From Candidatus Puniceispirillum sp. (GTDB lineage: Bacteria; Electryoneota; RPQS01; DYHQ01): a stretch of DNA of 47,751 bases. Below are positions 1 through 8,441 of this stretch, piece after piece. Each line of letters begins with the position of its first letter. Positions within the stretch are counted from its first letter, which is position 1. The translations under genes were made by a program, and so were the position numbers. The stretch spans positions 1-47,751 of the forward strand of contig DYHQ01000004.1 of assembly GCA_020724065.1 (NCBI GenBank), given 5' to 3'. The notes below the pieces were generated by a model. That model searched no databases, was not told where the DNA came from, and saw only the letters and a program-made list of their open reading frames with translations.

Positions 1-105
1 GCCGTCCCCAAAGTTGACGACATTCACCAGCCAAAAGCCTTTTGACGCCCTCAGCAGAATGCGAAAGTTCTCGCGCAGGCTCAGGGGTTTTTCTTCTGTC
101 GTCGT
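1..105 (-). CDS. 5' end of a probable MFS (POT/peptide-type?) transporter, truncated by the window edge
   Basis: Hand translation of the minus frame gives TTTEEKPLSLRENFRILLRASKGFWLVNVVNFGDG, resembling an MFS TM1 entry. A perfect AAGGAGG SD lies at 117-111. The start codon is uncertain (see findings). Confidence 0.55.
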
Positions 106-165
106 CGTATCCTCCTTGCTCGTGTTTCTATGAAAATGCGCTCAACGCTCGCTGTTGCCAACCTC

Positions 166-193
166 GTAGGGGCATGGCGCGCCATGCCCGTAC
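166..193 (+). repeat. GTAG-type REP-like palindrome
   Basis: GTAGGGGCATGGCGCGCCATGCCCGTAC: GTAG head plus GGGCATGGC/GCCATGCCC stem. A near-identical inverted copy is at 442-465. Confidence 0.8.
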
Positions 194-231
194 TTCCAAT
201 GTCGAACAAACCTTTTCGGAAATTGCGCCAA

Positions 232-321
232 GCGGGACGCTCCCGCGTCCCGCACCCCCCCACCGAGGACGGTGGGGGATAGTAATTGATGAACAACTCG
301 ACTTTTCGATAAACGGCACTA
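232..321 (+). repeat. ~90-bp dispersed intergenic repeat, copy 1 (REP/MITE-like)
   Basis: GCGGGACGCTCCCGCGTCCCGCA-CCCCCCACCGAGGACGGTGGGGG...TTTCGATAAACGGCAC matches the reverse complement of 5268-5361. It contains two hairpins. Confidence 0.8.
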
Positions 322-365
322 AGATAGCAGGATGTTAGGAGAAATGCAAGAGAAACCGGCGCCTT

Positions 366-465
366 GTAGGGTGTGGGTCTGCGACCCGTCCGATTGTTGC
401 GGGCGATCAAGCGATCTGCCTCGGCGAGAATAGGCACCGACGGGCACGGCGCGCCATGCCCCTAC
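366..465. repeat. REPIN-like doublet of inverted GTAG REPs (366-391 and 442-465)
   Basis: GTAGGGTGTGGGTCTGCGACCCGTCC and GGGCACGGCGCGCCATGCCCCTAC, with the GTAG ends outermost and about 50 bp between them. Confidence 0.65.
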
Positions 466-1244
466 CTTCCGGAGAAATTGGCGGGGCGCTTCTCGAGGAA
501 GGCGGACAAGCCCTCTTTGGAATCGGCAGTGGCGATGGACAGGCCGAAAAGCGTCGCTTCGAGATTCAGGCCATCTTCAATGGACATTTCCAAGCCCTTG
601 TTCGCTGCTTCGAGAGTGTAGCGAACTGCCATCGGACCAACTTTGAAAATCTCGCGTGCGATGTTGCGAGCTGTCGGAATCAGCTCCGCTGGAGAAGTCA
701 CGCGGTTGACCAAACCGATTCGATAGGCTTCGGCGGCGTCCATCATCGCCCCCGTTGTCAGCCATTCAATCGCGCGACCAAGTCCAATGAGTCTCGGAAG
801 GCGCTGCGTGCCACCATAGCCGGGAATGACGCCCAATTTCACTTCGGGCTGACCGAATTTCGCGCTTTCGGACGCGATGCGAATGTGGCATGCCATGGCA
901 ATTTCGCAGCCGCCGCCGAGAGCGAAACCGTTCACTGCGGCGATTGTGGGCTTCAGCATGTTCGCAAGATGATTGCATAGTCTTTGTCCTCGCAGACAAA
1001 AATCGCGCGCCCCGACGGGCTCCAGTTTCGCAAGCTCACTGATGTCCGCGCCGGCGACAAAAGCTTTTTCACCTGCACCGGTCAGAATCAATGCACCGAT
1101 GGAATCGTCCGATTCGACGCGAACGCATACATCCAGCAACTCTCTGATGACACCGCCACTCAAAGAATTCAGAGCCTTTGGCCGATTGATTGTAACTAAT
1201 GCAATTCGCCCGTCCAATTCCCAGAGAAGATTCTCGTAGCTCAT
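462..1244 (-). CDS. crt: Enoyl-CoA hydratase (crotonase family)
   Basis: NRPKALNSL, AFVAGADI, AVNGFALGGGCEIAMACHIRIA and FGQPEVKLGVIPGYGGTQRLPRLIG. Both catalytic Glu are present. Confidence 0.93.
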   Translation of the reverse strand: MSYENLLWELDGRIALVTINRPKALNSLSGGVIRELLDVCVRVESDDSIGALILTGAGEKAFVAGADISELAKLEPVGARDFCLRGQRLCNHLANMLKPTIAAVNGFALGGGCEIAMACHIRIASESAKFGQPEVKLGVIPGYGGTQRLPRLIGLGRAIEWLTTGAMMDAAEAYRIGLVNRVTSPAELIPTARNIAREIFKVGPMAVRYTLEAANKGLEMSIEDGLNLEATLFGLSIATADSKEGLSAFLEKRPANFSGR

Positions 1245-1407
1245 AGAAACTCCTATCGTTGTTCTCTTTTCAATTTGATGTGGATGGTGAAGATCGAAGG
1301 TGTTTGTAAGTTATCATTTTCACATTCAAAAGCAAGTAAGATAACGGGGGGAACATTTTGAATTGGGATATTGTTTAAGAAAAGGAATTTTTTTTACTGA
1401 AGAGAAT

Positions 1408-1425
1408 TAGCGAAACTTTTCACAA
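1408..1425. promoter_or_regulatory. Putative Rex operator
   Basis: TAGCGAA-ACTT-TTCACAA versus the Rex consensus TTGTGAA-N4-TTCACAA. A weaker site CAGTGAATTTTCCACAA is at 1494-1510. It lies between divergent crt and PFOR. Confidence 0.55.
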
Positions 1426-1435
1426 AGTGTTCGGC

Positions 1436-1464
1436 TTGCTTTTCTGGAATATTTCTTGTATAAT
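1436..1464 (+). promoter_or_regulatory. sigma70-type promoter for PFOR
   Basis: TTGCTT-N17-TATAAT in the AT-rich intergenic region. A CAGGAG SD precedes ATG 1578. Confidence 0.6.
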
Positions 1465-1577
1465 TCAAAAATTGAGGGAAATAGGCCTCTAATCAGTGAA
1501 TTTTCCACAACTAATCCATTGATAATTCGCGTCTTCCATCATGGACGGCGCTGACCATAGAATTCAGGAGAACGACA

Positions 1578-4500
1578 ATGGCACGACAGACGGTAACGAT
1601 TGACGGGAATGAAGCGGCCGCCTATTCCGCCTATCGAATCAACGAAGTCTGCGCAATCTACCCGATTACGCCATCATCGAATATGGGCGAACATTGCGAT
1701 GATTGGGCAGCCGCAGGAATGAAGAACATTTGGGGTACAGTCCCTATTGTCCAAGAGATGCAGAGCGAGGCGGGCGCGGCGGCGGCGGTCCACGGCGCGC
1801 TGCAAACCGGCGCTCTGACGACGACTTTCACCGCGGCACAGGGATTACTGCTCATGATTCCGAGTATGTTCAAGATTGCCGGAGAACTCACTCCGACGGT
1901 TTTTCACATATCCGCGCGAACGGTGGCAACGCACGCCCTCTCCATTTTCGGAGATCACAGCGATGTGATGGCAGTGAGGTCCACCGGTTTTGGGTTGATT
2001 GCCTCCAACTGTGTGCAGGAAGTCATGGATTTCGCTCTCATCGCGCAGGCGGCATCGCTGAAATCGCGTGTCCCTTTCATCCATTTCTTCGACGGTTTCC
2101 GCACTTCGCATGAAGTGCAGAAAATCGAAGTGCTCGAACCTGACGACATGCACTATATGATTCCGGATGAGCTCGTGCATACGCATCGCCAGCGGCGCAT
2201 GACTCCCGAGCGGCCAATTCTGCGCGGTTCATCTCAGAATCCTGATGTTTTCTTCCAAGCGCGCGAAACCTGCAATCCCTACTACTTAGCTTGCCCGGAT
2301 ATTGTGCAGGAGACGATGGATCAATTCGCGAGTCGCGTCGGACGCCGTTACCATCTGTTTGATTTTGTCGGTGCACCGGATGCGGAACGGATTGTCATCC
2401 TCATGGGCTCGGGCGCGGAAACCGCGCAAGAAACAACGGAATGGTTGAATGCCCGCGGAGAGAAAGTCGGCGTGATTAAGGTTCGTCTGTACCGGCCGTT
2501 TTCAGTCAAGCATTTCATCCACGCTCTGCCAAAGACGGTCAAAGCGATTGCCGTTTTGGATCGGACAAAGGAGCCCGGAAGTATCGGTGAGCCGCTCTAC
2601 CAAGATGTCATCGCGGCTATTCAGGAAGGCATCACGGCCGGCGAAGCGTCTTTCTCTGCATTCCCGCGGGTCATCGGTGGTCGCTACGGCCTCAGCTCAA
2701 AGGAATTCACTCCGGCGATGGTCAAAGCCGTATTCGATGAGCTTGCCAAGACGAATCCGAAAAATCATTTCACGGTCGGAATCACGGAAGATGTAACTCA
2801 CAGCAGTCTGGAATGCGATCCCGCTTTCTCCATCGAACCGGAAAATGTCTTCCGCGGCAAATTCTATGGACTGGGTGCCGATGGCACCGTCAGCGCGAAC
2901 AAGAATTCCATCAAAATCATCGGGGAGGGCACCGATTTCTTTGGACAGGGCTTTTTTGTCTATGATTCAAAGAAGGCGGGCGCGGTAACGACTTCGCATC
3001 TTCGCTTCGGTCCACAACTCATTCACTCGACCTACCTGGTGGACAAAGCGAATTTCGTGGCCTGTCACCAATCGGTATTTCTTGAACGCTACGACATGCT
3101 TTCGGACACGGTTCCGGGCGCCATCTTCCTCCTCAATACCCAGGCTCCGCCCGACAAGGCATGGGACACTCTGCCGCGCGAAGATCAGGCGGAGATTATC
3201 AAGAAGAAGATGAAATTCTTTGTGATTGACGCCTACAAGGTGGCACGCGAAACCGGAATGGGAAGCCGCGTGAATACGATTATGCAGACTTGCTTCTTCG
3301 CACTTTCCGGTGTGCTCCCCAAAGAGGAAGCCGTGAAAAAAATCAAAGATTCCATCAAGAAGACTTGGGGCGCGCGAGGGGATCAAATTGTGCAGATGAA
3401 TTTCGCCGCGGTGGACAGCGCTCTTGCCAACCTGCATGAAGTCAAAGTGCTCGACCGAGTGACGAGCAATTTTTCGAGGCCACCGGCTGTGCCCTACGAA
3501 GCCCCCGATTTTGTAAAGGATGTCCTGGCAAAGATCATCACGGGCAAGGGTGACGAGATTCCCACCAGCGCGATGCCTGAGGACGGCACCTTCCCCACTG
3601 CGACAACCCAATGGGAGAAGCGAAATATCGCTCTCGAAATTCCTGTGTGGGATCCGGAGACCTGTATTCAAGACGGCAAGTGCGTTTTGGTCTGTCCTCA
3701 TGCGACCATCCGCCAGAAAGTCTATCTTCCTGAAGAATTGGCTGGCGCACCGCCAACCTTCAAATCCACGGACTATCGTGGAAAGGAGTTTCCCGGTCAT
3801 AGATACACTTTGCAGGTGGCTCCCGAGGACTGTACCGGTTGCCGTTTGTGTGTCGAGGTCTGTCCGGCCAAGAACAAGCGCGAACCCGGGCGAAAGGCAA
3901 TCAATATGGAGCCTCAGCCGCCGCTGCGAAAGGCCGAGCGTGAGAATTACGCCTTCTTCCTCGCATTGCCCGAAGTGGACCGAGGCAAGGTGAAGATCAA
4001 CACAGTCAAAGGTTCCCAGCTACTGCAGCCGCTCTTTGAATACTCGGGCGCCTGCGCAGGGTGCGGTGAGACGCCGTATGTCAAGCTCGTTAGCCAGCTC
4101 TTTGGAGACCGTGCTGTCATTGGAAATGCGACGGGTTGCTCGTCTATCTATGGCGGCAACCTACCGACAACGCCGTGGTCTGTCAATCGTGAAGGACGCG
4201 GCCCGACATGGAACAATTCGCTCTTTGAAGATACGGCGGAATTTGCCTACGGCTTCCGCCTCACTCTTGACAAGCACAAGCAATACGCCGAGGAACTACT
4301 GAAGAAACTGGCTGGGAGAATTGGCGATGCGCTTGTTGGAGCTCTACTCAACTCAGATCAATCCACAGAAGCGGGAATTATTGCTCAGCGTGAGCGTGTT
4401 GAGTTGCTCGGGAGCAAGCTGCTTCAACTCGACTCGGATGACGCTCGCAATCTGCTTAGCGTCTCAGATTATCTTGTTCGCAAGAGCGTCTGGGGGATTG

Positions 4501-5192
4501 GTGGAGACGGATGGGCCTACGACATCGGCTATGGCGGCTTAGACCATGTGTTAGCTCAGGGGCGCGATGTCAATCTGCTCGTGCTCGACACCGGTGTCTA
4601 TTCTAATACGGGTGGGCAATGTTCAAAGGCAACGCCAATGGGTGCGGTGGCGCGATTCGCTGCCGGAGGGAAGCCGACGCCACGCAAAGACCTCGGACTC
4701 ATGGCGATGAGCTATGGAAGCGTCTATGTCGCTCAAATCGCTATGGGGGCAAATGATTTGCAGACCTTGAAGGCGTTGTTGGAAGCGGAAAGCTATCCGG
4801 GACCGTCTCTCATCATTGCCTATTCCCACTGCATCGCCCATGGAATTGACATGGCGAGGGCCATGGAAAATCAGAAGGCGGCCGTCGAGAGCTGCGCTTG
4901 GCTTCTCTACCGATATGACCCGCGCCTGACACAGCAAGGCAAGAACCCCCTGCAGCTCGATTCGAAGGCGCCGAAGATTCCCGTTGAGCAATGGGCTTAC
5001 ATGGAAACCCGTTTCAAGATGCTGACAAAAAGCAAACCCGATGAAGCGCGACGGCTGATGGAACTGGCTCAGAAAGATGTGCTGGCCCGGTGGAATTTCT
5101 ACAAGCAACTTGCGAGCATGAAGTATGAGCTGAATGCCGAACCCGTGCAGGAAGAGCCCGCGTTGAAATCGGCAGAGACGGTCTCGTCGTAG
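1578..5192 (+). CDS. nifJ: Pyruvate:ferredoxin (flavodoxin) oxidoreductase, single-chain NifJ type
   Basis: YPITPSS, EMQSEAG, FGDHSDVM, GLGADGTV, a ferredoxin domain (CTGCRLCVEVCP), GACAGCGETPY and the TPP motif GGDGWAYDIG. Confidence 0.97.
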   Translation: MARQTVTIDGNEAAAYSAYRINEVCAIYPITPSSNMGEHCDDWAAAGMKNIWGTVPIVQEMQSEAGAAAAVHGALQTGALTTTFTAAQGLLLMIPSMFKIAGELTPTVFHISARTVATHALSIFGDHSDVMAVRSTGFGLIASNCVQEVMDFALIAQAASLKSRVPFIHFFDGFRTSHEVQKIEVLEPDDMHYMIPDELVHTHRQRRMTPERPILRGSSQNPDVFFQARETCNPYYLACPDIVQETMDQFASRVGRRYHLFDFVGAPDAERIVILMGSGAETAQETTEWLNARGEKVGVIKVRLYRPFSVKHFIHALPKTVKAIAVLDRTKEPGSIGEPLYQDVIAAIQEGITAGEASFSAFPRVIGGRYGLSSKEFTPAMVKAVFDELAKTNPKNHFTVGITEDVTHSSLECDPAFSIEPENVFRGKFYGLGADGTVSANKNSIKIIGEGTDFFGQGFFVYDSKKAGAVTTSHLRFGPQLIHSTYLVDKANFVACHQSVFLERYDMLSDTVPGAIFLLNTQAPPDKAWDTLPREDQAEIIKKKMKFFVIDAYKVARETGMGSRVNTIMQTCFFALSGVLPKEEAVKKIKDSIKKTWGARGDQIVQMNFAAVDSALANLHEVKVLDRVTSNFSRPPAVPYEAPDFVKDVLAKIITGKGDEIPTSAMPEDGTFPTATTQWEKRNIALEIPVWDPETCIQDGKCVLVCPHATIRQKVYLPEELAGAPPTFKSTDYRGKEFPGHRYTLQVAPEDCTGCRLCVEVCPAKNKREPGRKAINMEPQPPLRKAERENYAFFLALPEVDRGKVKINTVKGSQLLQPLFEYSGACAGCGETPYVKLVSQLFGDRAVIGNATGCSSIYGGNLPTTPWSVNREGRGPTWNNSLFEDTAEFAYGFRLTLDKHKQYAEELLKKLAGRIGDALVGALLNSDQSTEAGIIAQRERVELLGSKLLQLDSDDARNLLSVSDYLVRKSVWGIGGDGWAYDIGYGGLDHVLAQGRDVNLLVLDTGVYSNTGGQCSKATPMGAVARFAAGGKPTPRKDLGLMAMSYGSVYVAQIAMGANDLQTLKALLEAESYPGPSLIIAYSHCIAHGIDMARAMENQKAAVESCAWLLYRYDPRLTQQGKNPLQLDSKAPKIPVEQWAYMETRFKMLTKSKPDEARRLMELAQKDVLARWNFYKQLASMKYELNAEPVQEEPALKSAETVSS

Positions 5193-5222
5193 GTTTTTCT
5201 GGCTGCGGTCTGAGTTCTGACG

Positions 5223-5255
5223 AAAGCCCGAAACGAACTGTGCTTCGGGCTTTTT
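5223..5255 (+). terminator. Intrinsic terminator after PFOR
   Basis: AAAGCCCGAA...TTCGGGCTTTTT hairpin with a U-tract. Confidence 0.75.
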
Positions 5256-5267
5256 CGCGAGAAGACC

Positions 5268-5361
5268 TCGTGCCGTTTCTCGAAAGGTTGTGTCACTTAT
5301 TGATCCACTGGCCCCCCACCGTCCCCGGTGGGGGGGCATGCGGGACGCGGGAGCGTCCCGC
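5268..5361 (-). repeat. ~90-bp dispersed intergenic repeat, copy 2
   Basis: The reverse complement aligns with 232-321, including the two hairpins and the TTTCGA-AAACGGCAC end. Confidence 0.8.
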
Positions 5362-5403
5362 CCAGTAAATCAGGAAAGCCAATGCGAATTCAGACCGCTT
5401 TCA

Positions 5404-8238
5404 TCAACGAATAACCACAAACTTCCCGACTTGAATATTGCCGAGGTTCAGCTCTGTGTGATCCTCGACACTGAACAGATATAATCCGGAAACAATCTGC
5501 TGCGTGTTGCGTGAGTTCAGGTCCCAGCTTTCGCTGCTTGGAGAGTACCAGCCGATGTTTTTGTCTCCGGCGATGTTGTGAGGGATTATGGCGACCAAAT
5601 CACCGGCCACCGTGAAAACGCGAATGAGGCATTTTTCGGGCAGGTTGACGAAGTCAAGACGGCGATCCGTTTGCGGAAAAAACTCCGTCGTGCCGTCATC
5701 CTGATTTTCCCAGCGGAGGCCGCCGGAATGATTCGTCGTGTAGTCCTGGTAAGCCCGATAGGGATTCGGCACGGCGCGCACCTTGCCTTTTTCGTCCTGC
5801 GCGGGTGCAATCAGCACGGCGTTTGCTGCCTTGGCGTTTTCTTGGGGTGGAGTGCCGGTGTGCGGGTCACCGAAATCGTACGCCGTCACCGCATACCATC
5901 GCGGAAAAAGTGGCGCCGCGCTGCGAATCCGGTATTCGTAGGTCGAATCGTCAAAACGGATTTCGCTCATTCCAATGTTCGGGCCAACCGGCTTTCGATA
6001 ATAGGTTTGTCCGGCAAACGAAGTCTCCGCGGGCGCATTTTCGCGGATGTCAGGAATTGTTGCCAAACAGTCCAGCACAGAGAAGTAGGCCCAGTCCACA
6101 CGGTCGTGAACGGCCAAGAGTGAAAAGGAATTTTCATGATTCTCATTGGCCACATAGACTTGATAACCCTCGAAATCCTGTATGTCGGAGAAAGGATCTG
6201 TATATTCGGGATTTTCCGAGGAGTTTCTCGACCATCGCAGTAGGATATCCCGACCCACGATCTCATACCCCAGCCCTCCGACATTGTGAGTATTAGGGTG
6301 CTTCAGCAGAGGATACAGGAGTGCCGGTACAGGCGGCGGAGGTGGACCGCTGAAGTCCGGAATTCCATCGCCTTCATCCAACACACCGTTACCGTTCATC
6401 CATCCCAAATCGAGCGTCCCATATTTTGGGTGTTCGATCATGAGAGTGGTAGGGATAAGGTTGTCCTCTCCAGCGTCCAATCGTCCATTTCTCTCGGTTC
6501 CATCAGGATCCGGCCCCAAATAGATTCCTCGAAATGCACCAAAATAGGAGACGCTGTCTCCGATATCCAGCGAATAGAGGCCATCCGTTCCGACATCTTC
6601 GCCAAACCAACCATCATCATCCGAGTCCACCATCGGATTGTCGTAGACGCGAGCGGCCCAGGCCGCCGTATAGCGGAAGCCCGAGAAGTCGAACTTCCCG
6701 GGGTCAATGTCCGGCCAACTGTTCTGAGGATTATTGAAGTCGTGGAAACTTCTTCCGGCAACATAGGCGACGGTCATATTGAACTTTTCACCGGGGTTCA
6801 GGCGATAGACGCGATTACTATCCAAATCAATGTAGTCAAAAATACCCAAAGGCCCCCAAGACAGAAGATACCGTGTATCATAACCATTGGCGAGATCGGT
6901 GGTCAGTTCGGCGGGGGTCGCATCGTCTTGTCCGGGGATGCGCCAATCGTGCACCTCTAATTCGTGCGTAATCGGATTGATGAAACTCTGAGTGCTGGCG
7001 GCGATGTAAGTCGGATCATCTACCCAGACCTGGTCATAATCAAATTCCCGATTCGACAGGATGAAATATCTGCGGTCATCTCCAATCGGAGTGCCGTAAA
7101 CGCGAGTCCATTCACCCTCGGCATCGTCGTCTTTCCAGGAGGGACCAAAATCCAAATCGGAAACACCGTTCGAGATCCACCAATTGAAACTCGTTCGCAG
7201 GCGTGGATTTGGCGCTCGAACGACGCGCGAGCCAGTGATATGCGGGCTGGCAAAATCGCTGCCGGTATAGACCTCGTACGGGCGGCCATCATTGTCCGCG
7301 ATCCAGGCAACATGGATGATCACACTGTCGGGAGCGCCGTCCGGTCGGTCGAAATAGTAGTAGCGCTGAAAACCGCAGATGTCATCTTCAAACCAATGCG
7401 GCTGCTCCCACTCCGCCCCGACATCGGCGTCAATATAGAAACCGATATAGAGATTCCGAAGGTATTTCGAGGCGATGTTTTCAATCTCGTAGTCAATGAT
7501 GATGAAATCATGCGCGTAATTGTTCGACCATGAGTAGGACTTCTGCACGACTTTGATCCCCAGAGGAGCGTGCTTGTCCCCTACGAAGTGGTCATCTTCG
7601 ACCCAGTAAGGATCCGTCAGCGTGTCCGTATAGGTAATGACAAAATCCTGGTCAGAAACAGCCATGGTGTCGCTCACATATTCCCCGAGGCGATTGAAAG
7701 CTCGCGGCCGAGTGGATCGTTCGACGATTCGCCCCTCTTCCCCTTCGGCAGGCCAGAATTCCGCAATCGTAGGTGTTTGCCATCCATCGGTACCCGTGGA
7801 AACCCGCGGAAACTCGTATCCATGTTCGAGGATGATCGCCCCGATCCAGAGAGCTCCTTGGTAGAGATATTGCACATTCCCGCCTCCCGGAAATTCGCAC
7901 TGCGGCGCCCAAGTTCCCGGATATTCCGGATCGTCCATGCCGCTGCCGCCCCAAAGGGAATAGTTGCCGAAATAGCCGTAATTCGTGAAATTCATCCACA
8001 GATTCCCCGCTCGATGCACCCGATTCTGGACATTCGGATTGGCGACCGCAATCCGCTCAGGGCCACGGGGAGCTGCATACTCCTCACTGTTTTCCCCCCA
8101 TAGAGGGGAAATCCAGGAGAAAGAAATCAAGAGAAAAAGAATGGCCGACCGACCTATCCCCATTTGTGAAACGGCCATATCTGAGCGTTGCTGCCTATTC
8201 AATCCAGCGCGCCGAGAAGAACGGACAAAGATGCTCAT
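5404..8238 (-). CDS. Large secreted protein of unknown function with a T9SS-like C-terminal domain (start may be ATG 8178)
   Basis: Signal peptide (SAILFLLISFSWISPLWG), acidic DxDxDG-like Ca-binding loops, an FN3-like segment (WYAVTAYD), and the C-terminal pattern VPNPY...IRVFTVAGDLV...WDL...SGLYLFSVE...GKFVVIR. Confidence 0.8.
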   Translation of the reverse strand: MSIFVRSSRRAGLNRQQRSDMAVSQMGIGRSAILFLLISFSWISPLWGENSEEYAAPRGPERIAVANPNVQNRVHRAGNLWMNFTNYGYFGNYSLWGGSGMDDPEYPGTWAPQCEFPGGGNVQYLYQGALWIGAIILEHGYEFPRVSTGTDGWQTPTIAEFWPAEGEEGRIVERSTRPRAFNRLGEYVSDTMAVSDQDFVITYTDTLTDPYWVEDDHFVGDKHAPLGIKVVQKSYSWSNNYAHDFIIIDYEIENIASKYLRNLYIGFYIDADVGAEWEQPHWFEDDICGFQRYYYFDRPDGAPDSVIIHVAWIADNDGRPYEVYTGSDFASPHITGSRVVRAPNPRLRTSFNWWISNGVSDLDFGPSWKDDDAEGEWTRVYGTPIGDDRRYFILSNREFDYDQVWVDDPTYIAASTQSFINPITHELEVHDWRIPGQDDATPAELTTDLANGYDTRYLLSWGPLGIFDYIDLDSNRVYRLNPGEKFNMTVAYVAGRSFHDFNNPQNSWPDIDPGKFDFSGFRYTAAWAARVYDNPMVDSDDDGWFGEDVGTDGLYSLDIGDSVSYFGAFRGIYLGPDPDGTERNGRLDAGEDNLIPTTLMIEHPKYGTLDLGWMNGNGVLDEGDGIPDFSGPPPPPVPALLYPLLKHPNTHNVGGLGYEIVGRDILLRWSRNSSENPEYTDPFSDIQDFEGYQVYVANENHENSFSLLAVHDRVDWAYFSVLDCLATIPDIRENAPAETSFAGQTYYRKPVGPNIGMSEIRFDDSTYEYRIRSAAPLFPRWYAVTAYDFGDPHTGTPPQENAKAANAVLIAPAQDEKGKVRAVPNPYRAYQDYTTNHSGGLRWENQDDGTTEFFPQTDRRLDFVNLPEKCLIRVFTVAGDLVAIIPHNIAGDKNIGWYSPSSESWDLNSRNTQQIVSGLYLFSVEDHTELNLGNIQVGKFVVIR

Positions 8239-8441
8239 TCATCGCTCTCGGAATTAGAAGAATCCCAATAATGAAAAAAACGCAGATAATACATTCCATG
8301 GCAAAGGCACAGTAAATATACACAAAACTTCTCTATGGTGCAAGGCTTGCTTCTGATGGACGCTTTTCGTAATTTAGTTGTAGAAAGACGCTCCAGAGCC
8401 AAACAAGTAGTCTCTGAAACCATCCAAAGAAGAGCACCAAA

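Noticed and set aside
42-437. Short ORFs 42-338 (+), 81-437 (-) and 128-319 (-)
   Set aside because: They run through REP/MITE palindromes and show no protein motifs.
5217-5240. CTGACGA...GAAA resembling a hammerhead ribozyme core
   Set aside because: There is no stem II between the motifs, and the sequence is explained by the PFOR terminator.
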